Of a DNA stretch of 64,000 nucleotides, positions 40,431 to 49,438 are shown piece by piece (within the stretch, counting starts at the first letter, position 1; each line of letters opens with the position of its first letter). The notes under the pieces were generated by a model. It worked only from the letters and a program-made list of their open reading frames with translations, was not told where the DNA came from and searched no databases. The position numbers and the translations under genes were made by a program. Where the stretch lies: positions 192,001-256,000 of the forward strand of contig CAVZJV010000014.1 of assembly GCA_963775685.1 (NCBI GenBank). Direction: 5' to 3'. Source of the stretch: Candidatus Bathyarchaeota archaeon. Lineage in GTDB: Archaea; Thermoproteota; Bathyarchaeia; Bathyarchaeales; Bathycorpusculaceae.

Positions 40431-41810
40431 TTAACCCGCAGTTCCATAACCGCTAACTTTAACGGTTGCATCTGTGGAGGTAGAACTCGTTTTCGCATCA
40501 ATTAAAATTGCCCAGATCACGCTTTGTGAGGGAAGCAACTGCATCATGTCGTCGTCGGATAGCCATACTGAGCTCCTGTTGGCAAATGTTCGAATGACGG
40601 GCGCTGAGATTATGTTGTCTACATATTCTATTCGGACTCTAACGGTTACTGTTTCGTTGTTGCTAAAGCTTCCACTGCTTTCAATTTTTGGTTTGAAAGA
40701 AAAAATCGTCAGCGGGCGAACCTGTATGATCTGGGCTATTCCGTATTGATTATTGGTGCCTACAGGAACGTTAACATCTTCACGTTTAAACAAGGTGCCT
40801 TTCCCAGATAACCAAATGCCTTGGGAATCGTGCACTTTAGCTGTCCAGTTGCCCAAGAAACTGACGCCGCTGTCAAGAATAGGCGCAGGATTGCAGTTGT
40901 CGCCAATATCGATACCGAACAAGTAGACGGGATCAGAGGCAAACGACTCGAACACTACGCCAAACAGCAACGTCTGATACATGGAACCATCAACATAGAG
41001 CCCTGTTTGGTTTGCTCTGCCGTTTTCACCAATCCAAAACCTGACATCTTGAATTTGGCTATCGGATAATTCGGCTAACTTTTCAACCTTGATGCCCTCC
41101 GAGAAGTCCCTGAGGTTAAAGGAGCACCGTTCGATAATTGAACTCGCATATGACCCTGTGGCGTTGATTGTTGCGCCTTCCGTGAGATTAATTATTGGTG
41201 TTCGGAAAGCTATGCCTTCGTTGGCGTTGAGGAATTGGCAATCTTCGACTTTGTTGTATTCGCTCCAGGTATTTGTGTTGGCGAATTCGATCCCTGTAGA
41301 GGTGTTTTCGAAAACTGAGTTTTGAATGGTGGTTCCAAAAGAGTTTTCAACCTTAATTGTGGCGTTGATTAATGTCAGTCCTGAGACAAGGGCGTTTTGT
41401 GAGGCTGTGTAGTTGTCGCCGTAAATTACTATTTTTTTTCCGTTGCCAATTATGGTGGCGTCGGTGTTGCTGACGATTTTGGCGTTTAACTTGTTTGAAA
41501 TGACAACATCGTCGGTTAAGAAGTAGGTTCCTGAATTAATGTAAATAGATTTTCCTTCCGATAAAGCGGAATTAAGCGCTGACGAAGCGCTTTTTGTTTG
41601 CTCCGAAACATAGCCGGTTAACATATTCTTTAACTTGTAATTGTTTCCGTCTCGAGAAAGAACGTAATCGAAATTCACTGCGTTGGTGCTCAATGATGAT
41701 TGAGTTCCTGCAAAAATCAGGTAAGTATTGAATGCCGACAAAACAAGCAGGACTGAAATAAGAATGGCGATGGCGCGTTTGGAGATGATTTTTGTGAGGG
41801 CATCTTTCAT
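40431..41810 (-). CDS. Membrane-anchored right-handed beta-helix-like protein
   Basis: N-terminal TM, A.N.AL..G..IYI..GTY, N/G/I-rich repeats. Confidence 0.6.
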   Translation of the reverse strand: MKDALTKIISKRAIAILISVLLVLSAFNTYLIFAGTQSSLSTNAVNFDYVLSRDGNNYKLKNMLTGYVSEQTKSASSALNSALSEGKSIYINSGTYFLTDDVVISNKLNAKIVSNTDATIIGNGKKIVIYGDNYTASQNALVSGLTLINATIKVENSFGTTIQNSVFENTSTGIEFANTNTWSEYNKVEDCQFLNANEGIAFRTPIINLTEGATINATGSYASSIIERCSFNLRDFSEGIKVEKLAELSDSQIQDVRFWIGENGRANQTGLYVDGSMYQTLLFGVVFESFASDPVYLFGIDIGDNCNPAPILDSGVSFLGNWTAKVHDSQGIWLSGKGTLFKREDVNVPVGTNNQYGIAQIIQVRPLTIFSFKPKIESSGSFSNNETVTVRVRIEYVDNIISAPVIRTFANRSSVWLSDDDMMQLLPSQSVIWAILIDAKTSSTSTDATVKVSGYGTAG

Positions 41811-42009
41811 TTTTGAGGGCTCGGCGGTTTAAGGTACATTTAAGAAGTATTGTTAATTAAATTTATTGATAAACTGCTTCGGAAATCCCCTGCTTTTTTT
41901 TGATGGAGTTATCTTTAGTAAATAACTTTGAAGCAAAACTGGCAACTTCTCATTTAAATATCACTTGATTGTAATATTGTTACAAGAAAGCTGGTTCTGA
42001 GGTTTTTTA

Positions 42010-44025
42010 ATGAAGAGAAATATCTGCATTTTCTTGGTTGCTATCCTTTTTAGCTTGCTATTTGCAGCTACATCTTTTCAAGGGGTATTCTCGCAGACTC
42101 CTACCCAATTAGACCCCAATGCGATCCCCAAGTGGAGCAACCAACTCGCCCAGGCTCCGCCTATCTACGTAGCAAACAACATGACTGACAGCTCAGGCAA
42201 ACTGGTTCGCCAAGAATATGTCGTAAGAATTAAGGAATTCCAGCAACAACTCTTGCCTATTGCGGATTCTAATGGAAATCCAACAGGGTTTGGGTCTACT
42301 ACAGTTTGGGGATTTGAGGGGGAAGCTAAAGATTCAGTAACAGGAGAAAGTCTTGGTTTAGTTCAAAGTACTCCAGGCTGTTCCTTCGAAGCTATCAGAG
42401 GTGTTCCAGTTCAGGTTAAATGGGTTAATGACCTTGTAGACGCTTCTGGGAATCCCTTGCCAAACCTGTTTGCGGTTGACCCAACTTTTCTGTGGGCTAA
42501 CCCAAACGGCATCCAGACGCCTAATCCAAGTTCCGTGCCGCAGGGTAGTTATCCGCAAGCTCAAAGCCCAGTTCCAATCTCAATACATCTTCATGGCGGA
42601 GAAACTCCATCGATTTCAGATGGAGGGCCTGACGCATGGTGGACTCCAAATGGTTTGCATGGACCAGCCTACAACACAGAGGTGCCCACTGATGATAATT
42701 CGGCAGTTTTTGTTTATCCTAATGAGCAGCAAGCCACAGCACTCTGGTACCATGATCATGCCATGGGTATTACCCGCCTAAACGTCATGTCGGGGCTCGC
42801 TGGGTTTTACCTCATACGAAGTCCTGACGACCAAGTTGCGCAGTTGCTACCTAAGGGCGAGTTTGAAGTTCCCCTCGCCATTCAAGACAGAAACTTTCTC
42901 TCAGATGGCTCCCTCTACTACTCCAGTCAAGGTACCGATCCCTCTGTGCATCCATATTGGAACCCTACATTCATGGGCAACACGATCATGGTTAACGGAA
43001 TGGTTTGGCCAAACATGGACGTTAAACAGGGGCAATACCGCCTAAGAATTCTAGATGGGTCAAACAACCGATTCTACACGTTACATTTTTCAAACGGCAT
43101 GAGTTTTACCCAGATAGGTAGCGACGGCGGGTATCTCAAAGCTCCAGAGGAACTTACTTCTCTTACAATCTCGCCAGCAGAGCGAGTAGATTTGCTCGTA
43201 GATTTTTCAAATGTTCCCGCGGGTGAGAAAGTAATCCTTCAAAATTCAGATCTATCATTGACCCCTAATGAAAAACAGGCTGTGGGGCAAATCATGCAGT
43301 TTACTGTCGGCAACGAAAAGGGCGCTTCGCCGCAGAATCTGCCCTTAGAATTGAATCCGACGTTAAAAGGAGACTTCCCAAATTTACCTACTCCCTCAAA
43401 GAATAGAACTTTAACATTAATTGAACAAGGAACCGCCCCAAACACAGTAGCGATGTTGCTGGACGGTTTGCCTTACGAAGCGCCAGCCACCGAGAAGCCT
43501 CAGATTGGAACTACCGAGGACTGGGTTATAGTTAACCCCACGATGAACTCGCACCCAATTCACTTACACCTGATACAATTCCAGCTGGTGGAGCGCCAAA
43601 CAATTGCTTCAACGCAATACCTGTACGATTGGGAAAAGCTAAACGGAAACCTCCCCTTAAACCACACCGCAAAAAATGTCGACTTGAATCGGTATCTTGA
43701 AGGACAACCGGTCAAGCCTACACCAAATGAACAATGCTGGAAAGACACAATCCAAGTCGACGCAGGCATGGTCACCATTATTAGAGTGCGCTTTGCTCCG
43801 CAGGATGGCTCAAACTACGGGTTTGACCCAACAAGCGGTCCAGGGTACGTTTGGCACTGCCACATCCTTGAACACGAAGATAACTCTATGATGCGTCCTC
43901 TTATCATTGTAGGCTCTAATAACCAAACAGCGCTTCTGTTAGTTGCTACCGCTATAATCGTGATAACTGTAGTGGCTGGCCTGGTTGTTTTCAGACGATT
44001 CCGAAGGAAAGCAGGCAGAAAATAA
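42010..44025 (+). CDS. Multicopper oxidase (CotA/bilirubin oxidase type), exported and C-terminally anchored
   Basis: HLHG, WYHDH, HPIHLHL and WHCHILEHED..M copper motifs. Confidence 0.95.
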   Translation: MKRNICIFLVAILFSLLFAATSFQGVFSQTPTQLDPNAIPKWSNQLAQAPPIYVANNMTDSSGKLVRQEYVVRIKEFQQQLLPIADSNGNPTGFGSTTVWGFEGEAKDSVTGESLGLVQSTPGCSFEAIRGVPVQVKWVNDLVDASGNPLPNLFAVDPTFLWANPNGIQTPNPSSVPQGSYPQAQSPVPISIHLHGGETPSISDGGPDAWWTPNGLHGPAYNTEVPTDDNSAVFVYPNEQQATALWYHDHAMGITRLNVMSGLAGFYLIRSPDDQVAQLLPKGEFEVPLAIQDRNFLSDGSLYYSSQGTDPSVHPYWNPTFMGNTIMVNGMVWPNMDVKQGQYRLRILDGSNNRFYTLHFSNGMSFTQIGSDGGYLKAPEELTSLTISPAERVDLLVDFSNVPAGEKVILQNSDLSLTPNEKQAVGQIMQFTVGNEKGASPQNLPLELNPTLKGDFPNLPTPSKNRTLTLIEQGTAPNTVAMLLDGLPYEAPATEKPQIGTTEDWVIVNPTMNSHPIHLHLIQFQLVERQTIASTQYLYDWEKLNGNLPLNHTAKNVDLNRYLEGQPVKPTPNEQCWKDTIQVDAGMVTIIRVRFAPQDGSNYGFDPTSGPGYVWHCHILEHEDNSMMRPLIIVGSNNQTALLLVATAIIVITVVAGLVVFRRFRRKAGRK

Positions 44026-44047
44026 GTACCATTCATTTTTTTTAAAA

Positions 44048-44344
44048 TTAAAGTTTTACTATTTGCGCATGCGGTACTCCTTCAATATTCAGCACAGCTT
44101 CAGGATGAACAAAACCTTCCTCAATAGCTTTTTCCACACAACACTTGCCTATAAGATTAACAATGTTGGAGTTGCCAATCAAGCCCACTGCTTCGTCAAC
44201 GGTTGCTTTTCGCCCATTGTAGAACTCGTTTTTTATGTGGAAGACAATTTTGCCTTCCCTGAGTGTTCGTCCCAGCAATTCGCAGTCGCATACTGCAAGG
44301 AGCACGTTTTGCCCCATCTTTTTGATGTTGAGGTAAACTTCCAT
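44048..44344 (-). CDS. DUF424 family protein
   Basis: LAVCD.ELLG, FY.G, NLIG..V..A, GVPHAQ. Confidence 0.9.
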   Translation of the reverse strand: MEVYLNIKKMGQNVLLAVCDCELLGRTLREGKIVFHIKNEFYNGRKATVDEAVGLIGNSNIVNLIGKCCVEKAIEEGFVHPEAVLNIEGVPHAQIVKL

Positions 44345-44352
44345 TTAAGTCC

Positions 44353-44763
44353 TCAAAGCTGTTTAATGGATGATTTCGCGCCGCAGGCGTTGCACACCAG
44401 AAAAGACAGGCGTTTTTCCTTCACAATTCTGGTATCTGGACGTTTACAGACTGGGCATATGACATAACCCTCTAGGTACCTTTGCAATAAACGGTCAAAG
44501 CTATCGCGCTGGAACTTGCCTTGAAAAATAGCGCGTGAATCATGGAAAGTTGCTGCTGTCGCCATTTCTCTGGTTAAGAACTTTAGAATGTGTTGAGGGT
44601 CGCGATCTAAGGAGTCGGCAACTTCTTTGAAGTTTGAAATTATTGTGCGCATTCCAACTGTGTTTACGTATAACCTTGGTAACTCGAGACGTTCTCGTTT
44701 TTCGGACACTTGGGGCATTTGAGCGCAGGCTCGCTTTAGCAAGTCATCATAGTTGAAGGTCAT
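44353..44763 (-). CDS. eif2b: Translation initiation factor aIF-2 beta
   Basis: Y..LL.RA, NF..V...L.R, YVICPVCKRPDT, CNACGA. Confidence 0.95.
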   Translation of the reverse strand: MTFNYDDLLKRACAQMPQVSEKRERLELPRLYVNTVGMRTIISNFKEVADSLDRDPQHILKFLTREMATAATFHDSRAIFQGKFQRDSFDRLLQRYLEGYVICPVCKRPDTRIVKEKRLSFLVCNACGAKSSIKQL

Positions 44764-44925
44764 GTTTCCATCTCACCTCAATCAAGGTGGTAGCACATAT
44801 TTAAAATTATAACGTTAAAAATAACATTATGATGGGCGTTGAATATCTATAAATAAAAAAGTAAACCAATATAAATTCGGAAAGCAAAGCTAAGGTATCA
44901 ACTCTCGACTTACAGAGGCTAACGT

Positions 44926-45873
44926 GTGACAGAGAACCAAAAAAGCCAAGAAGGAAACATTAACCTCCAAATTGATAAAATAAAAAAGCAAATTGCAGAA
45001 GCAAACAATCAAATCAAAAAGTACGTTGAGAAGAGAAACCAGCTGCATGAGCAAGTACGTAAATCCCGCGAAGAAATCACACAGATGAAAACTGAAAGGG
45101 ATGCTTTGAACGAAAAGGTAAAGTTGCTTAAGGAACAAAGAAACATCATTAGAGCCCAAGCAGCCCCAATCATGGAAGAAGTAAAGGTCATCGATGAAAA
45201 AATCGCTGAACTAAAAAAGAATGTGCCACGGGTGAGTCAACGTGAACTGCAAGAAGAGCTTGATGCGATTGAATGGAAGATTTCGACAACTTCACTTGAC
45301 ATACAAGATGAGAAAAGACTCGTTGGAGAAGTAAAAGAACTTGAGCTCCAACTGAAGGGTTACAAGAAAATCGATAAAAAACACCAAAAGATCAAAGAAT
45401 TAATTACACAACGCAAAACCATCGATGCTCAAGCTGACGTGTTCCATCAAGAATTAACCGATTTAGCTAAGAAAAGCCAAGATTTACACGCAAAGATGAT
45501 TGAAAAAGTTAACGCCGTGAAAAGGGATAGGGAGGAAGCAGACAGTTTGCATCAAGCGTTTATTAAAACTAAGGAGCAAAATGCTCTCTGGTATGAACAG
45601 ATAAAAATGCTGATGGATCAAAGCAGGGGCATTTGGGTTACAAACCGGCAATTTGATTTAGCAAAGCGAAAGGAAGAAGATGCTAAAAGGCAAGAAGAGC
45701 AGATTAAATGGAAAGAGCTACAAGCCCAAAAGGTGGTTAAAGAGAAAGAGATTAAAGAGAAAATCGGGGCAGAAGCCAAAGAAAAATTGAACCGAGGCGA
45801 AAAAGTGAATTGGGAAGAGTTCCAGCTGATGCTTGGCGGGGAAGAAGAGGACGATACAGAAGCACAAACTTAA
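44926..45873 (+). CDS. Archaeal coiled-coil protein (COG1340-like)
   Basis: Long coiled coil, EW..ST..L...EK; ends KL.RGEKV.WEEF. Confidence 0.8.
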   Translation: MTENQKSQEGNINLQIDKIKKQIAEANNQIKKYVEKRNQLHEQVRKSREEITQMKTERDALNEKVKLLKEQRNIIRAQAAPIMEEVKVIDEKIAELKKNVPRVSQRELQEELDAIEWKISTTSLDIQDEKRLVGEVKELELQLKGYKKIDKKHQKIKELITQRKTIDAQADVFHQELTDLAKKSQDLHAKMIEKVNAVKRDREEADSLHQAFIKTKEQNALWYEQIKMLMDQSRGIWVTNRQFDLAKRKEEDAKRQEEQIKWKELQAQKVVKEKEIKEKIGAEAKEKLNRGEKVNWEEFQLMLGGEEEDDTEAQT

Positions 45874-45908
45874 AGTTAAGAGTCCATAATAAGAGATAGA
45901 GATTCGCG

Positions 45909-47138
45909 ATGGCTAAAAAGGAAACGGCTGCCCAGACGCAAAAGCGTATCCTAATTTTGTGTGTTGATAGAGATGGCGATCTGGAAGTCAAAGCAGGAAT
46001 AAAGACGCCGCTTCTTGGAAGAACAGCCAACCTTGATGGGGCTGTTGCTTTAGCCCTCAAGGATCCTGAGGAGCCAGATGCAAACGCTATGTTTGAAGCC
46101 GTGCGCCTATACGACCGATTGCATGATGAAAAGCAACCTGAGGAAGTTTTTGAGGTAGCCACAATTTCGGGGTCGGATCTTGGAGGGGTTAGTGCTGATA
46201 GAAAGTTGGTTTCTGAATTAAATAATTTACTTGAATCTTTCAGTGCAAATGAGGTTATCTTGGTTTCTGATGGTTTTTCTGATGAAGCAGTCTTACCGCT
46301 TGTGGAATCAAGAGTGCCTGTCTCATCTGTTCGCCGCATAGTTATAAAGCATAGCGAGTCAATCGAAGAGACCGCGGCTGTCTTCACAAAGTACATTCGA
46401 TTATTGGTGGATAATCCAAGGTATGCACGTATGGCGTTGGGTTTGCCTGGACTGCTGGTTTTTATCTTCGGAGTTCTTTGGGCAATCAATAACTATGTCT
46501 ACCCGGGAGCCATTTACTTCTACGGCATAGCAATTGTTATAGTCGTAGGCGGGTTCTTGCTTTTCAAAGGTTTTGGCGTTGACAGAGCAACCAAAGGCTT
46601 CTATGAATGGGCAAGAGATTACTCGCCGCCCTCACTTCCGATGCAGATTTCAAACTATACGGTTATCGCCGGAATATTATGCATTGCTGTTAGCGTTTAC
46701 CTGGGCATAGCAAACGTTAACATAAACGTGGCACCTGCCGCCGATTTAGGCGGCTGGCTCAGCATGACTCCACGAGTAGCATATTACTTTCTCACTGGAA
46801 TTATTGACCTTTTAGTAGCTGGTATATGTATCGTTCTGTTAGGGAGAAGTGTACGGTTATATGTTGAGCGCAATTCACGTCTATTGCGAAACGTTGCGTT
46901 AATCGTTACAGTGGCTTGGTCCCGTTGGGTCCTGACAGCAACAGCAAACGTCATAAGTCACTACTACAACGACACAACAGCAGTCGTCGGGTTGGGTGAC
47001 TCAATTTTCTCTGGTTTTCTCTTCACCATCATAGTGGGCATTCTAATCGGCGTAGCTTCAGTTCTACTAATTTACATCGTTAACAGGTCTGCTAAAGACT
47101 TCTTTAAGAAAAGAGAAGAACAACTAGACGAACTCTAA
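45909..47138 (+). CDS. DUF373 family membrane protein
   Basis: LILCVDRDGDL..K.G..TP..GR, DPEE.DAN, VSDG..DE. Confidence 0.9.
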   Translation: MAKKETAAQTQKRILILCVDRDGDLEVKAGIKTPLLGRTANLDGAVALALKDPEEPDANAMFEAVRLYDRLHDEKQPEEVFEVATISGSDLGGVSADRKLVSELNNLLESFSANEVILVSDGFSDEAVLPLVESRVPVSSVRRIVIKHSESIEETAAVFTKYIRLLVDNPRYARMALGLPGLLVFIFGVLWAINNYVYPGAIYFYGIAIVIVVGGFLLFKGFGVDRATKGFYEWARDYSPPSLPMQISNYTVIAGILCIAVSVYLGIANVNINVAPAADLGGWLSMTPRVAYYFLTGIIDLLVAGICIVLLGRSVRLYVERNSRLLRNVALIVTVAWSRWVLTATANVISHYYNDTTAVVGLGDSIFSGFLFTIIVGILIGVASVLLIYIVNRSAKDFFKKREEQLDEL

Positions 47139-47257
47139 AAATATCCTATATGTTATTTTATGTTAAGAGTAAGCTTTAATTTAACCCTTCAAAGCTTTAG
47201 CTATATGCACAGTAAAAATGGACGTGCAGAATCCTGCAGACATAAGAGGTCAGCTTA

Positions 47258-48052
47258 GTGCTTAAGAGATTTCTTTTCGTCATCGGCGCCTACAAAATAT
47301 ATGAGAAATGGCTATGGCTCCAAGTTAAAAACGGCATCAAACCCGAACACATAGCCATTATTCTTGACGGAAACAGACGCTGGGCAAACGACCAGGAAAG
47401 TAATCCTTGGCTAACAGATAAGTGGGGTCACAAACAAGGCGCTGACACGGTTGAACAGCTACTTGACTGGACCCAAATGGTCGGTGTCAAATATGTTACT
47501 CTATATACTTTTTCAACAGAGAATTTTAGCCGGAACCCTGCCGAAATCGAAAAAATCATGCAGATTGCTGAGGAAAGATTTCGCAAATTATTGACTGATG
47601 AGCGGGTTCATGAAAACAAAGTTCATGTCAAAGTAATAGGCAGAACTAACATGTTGCCTGAAGGCTTGCGGAAGAGCATCGCAGACGTGGAAAAGGCGAC
47701 AGCAGATTATAATAATTTCTTCTGGAATTTCGCTTTTGCGTACGGTGGTCGAGCAGAAATCGTGGACGCAGCTAAAACCATAGCGCTGAAAGTGAAAAGC
47801 GGCGAAATAAACGTCGATGACGTCACTGAAAACACCTTTGAAAAGTATCTTTACACTTCACACATGACTAAGCAGGACCCAGACATGATTATACGCACTT
47901 CAGGTGAAGAACGATTAAGCGGGTTCTTGCTGTGGCAAGCTGCCTACAGTGAACTTCTTTTCCTGGACGTTTACTGGCCGGATTTCCGCTTTATCGACCT
48001 GTTAAGGGCGATAAGGGTGTTTCAGCACCGCAAACGCCGCTTTGGAGTATAA
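47258..48052 (+). CDS. uppS: cis-prenyltransferase (UppS family)
   Basis: HIAIILDGNRRWA, FSTENF.R, RTSGEERLSGFLLWQ. Confidence 0.95.
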   Translation: MLKRFLFVIGAYKIYEKWLWLQVKNGIKPEHIAIILDGNRRWANDQESNPWLTDKWGHKQGADTVEQLLDWTQMVGVKYVTLYTFSTENFSRNPAEIEKIMQIAEERFRKLLTDERVHENKVHVKVIGRTNMLPEGLRKSIADVEKATADYNNFFWNFAFAYGGRAEIVDAAKTIALKVKSGEINVDDVTENTFEKYLYTSHMTKQDPDMIIRTSGEERLSGFLLWQAAYSELLFLDVYWPDFRFIDLLRAIRVFQHRKRRFGV

Positions 48053-48058
48053 AAAGGG

Positions 48059-49288
48059 TTAAGAACGCTTTTTGGAACTGACAATTGAGATGACATCTCG
48101 ATCTTTTAGGATGGCATCTTCACCGATTCTTCTTTTGTCTCGAGCGTCTACGGCGTATAGGAAGCTTTCGCCAAGTTCGCTGTGGATTATGTAGGCGAAT
48201 AGATGGGCGGTGGTGCCTTTTGGAACAAGGTAAGTGTCGGGTAGAACGCGTCCGTTATGGTCGGCTAAGTGCTCAAGGTCTTCTACTGGATAAACGGTTA
48301 TCATATCTAAAAGTTTGAAGTAAGCGGTGTTTATGGCTTCTTGTACACCAGTGGAGCCGTTGGTTTTAAGGATTTTATCTTTTACTTGTTCAAGTGCCTT
48401 AATCTGACCTGCCGACAGCTTTTCAGGCTGCGTTATTTTAAAGTCCTTATCTCCTGGCTTATAATCGATGAACTGCTTCTCCGCTGCACGTCGTAGCACC
48501 AACTCCGCTTCTGCTGAGCAGGGAATGACGACGTAATCGAGTTTTTTCATCCTTTCAACATTTGCTTGGGCGGTTGGTAAATCAATTTTGTTGGCAACAA
48601 TCAACAGAGGCTTGGAAATGCGTCGTAAATTATCTACAAAACGGTAAAAGTCCTCATCCGTCCAAGACGCAGGTTTATCAAGGTTCAAGTTTGCTCTCCG
48701 AACAGCCTCACCTATACATTGACGTTTTATGCTCAAACCCGTTAAACGGTCCTCAAGATGATGAGCAATGCCCTTTTTGTCCGCTTCCGCAGTCCGCGCA
48801 ATTTTTGACCAATCTTTTTTGAGAATGCTAACCATCCACAAGGTTATTTCGCGTTCCAAAAACTGCACATCTTCCAAGGGATCATGCTCGCCTAGTTTGC
48901 AGGTTTTTCCTTCGCAATCGGTTCCTCCTGAAGCGTCAACTACGTGTATAAGGGCGTCTGCTCGTCGGATTTCGTCAAGGAACTGGTTACCTAATCCTCG
49001 TCCTTCCCAGGCGCCCGGAACGATGCCTGCAATGTCGATTAACTCTATTGGGACAAGCCTGACGCCGTCGAGGCAAAGCGAGTTTCGCGGGTCATCTTTG
49101 ACTTTGAATTCTTCATGGACGCATTGAGTTCGGACGTAGCCGACGCCTCGGTTTGGTTTGATGGTGGTGAAGGGGTAATTAGCGATTTCCGCAGTGGCCA
49201 AGGTTGTTGCGCTAAAAAACGTGGATTTGCCTGTGTTTGGTTTTCCAACTACTCCAAGTAAACGTGAATAAGACTTTTGCATTGACAA
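48059..49288 (-). CDS. ychF: YchF/Obg-family translation-associated NTPase with TGS domain
   Basis: GKPNTGKST, NYPFTTI.PN, DIAG, ANKID. Confidence 0.93.
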   Translation of the reverse strand: MSMQKSYSRLLGVVGKPNTGKSTFFSATTLATAEIANYPFTTIKPNRGVGYVRTQCVHEEFKVKDDPRNSLCLDGVRLVPIELIDIAGIVPGAWEGRGLGNQFLDEIRRADALIHVVDASGGTDCEGKTCKLGEHDPLEDVQFLEREITLWMVSILKKDWSKIARTAEADKKGIAHHLEDRLTGLSIKRQCIGEAVRRANLNLDKPASWTDEDFYRFVDNLRRISKPLLIVANKIDLPTAQANVERMKKLDYVVIPCSAEAELVLRRAAEKQFIDYKPGDKDFKITQPEKLSAGQIKALEQVKDKILKTNGSTGVQEAINTAYFKLLDMITVYPVEDLEHLADHNGRVLPDTYLVPKGTTAHLFAYIIHSELGESFLYAVDARDKRRIGEDAILKDRDVISIVSSKKRS

Positions 49289-49438
49289 TTCAATTCACTT
49301 ACCTTATTGTTGCAGCGTGTAGAGCTATATTATTTGCGCTTCAATAAAGAGTGTACATTGGGAAGCGAACACACCAACACTATAATAAACTTAAAACTAT
49401 AACTTTAAAAGAGATTGAATGAGAAATAGCTGAGAAAA

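Noticed and set aside
45752-46489. Long antisense ORF (245 aa), and similar ones such as 34314..34871 and 15126..15515
   Set aside because: Shadows of well-supported genes on the opposite strand, with no motifs.
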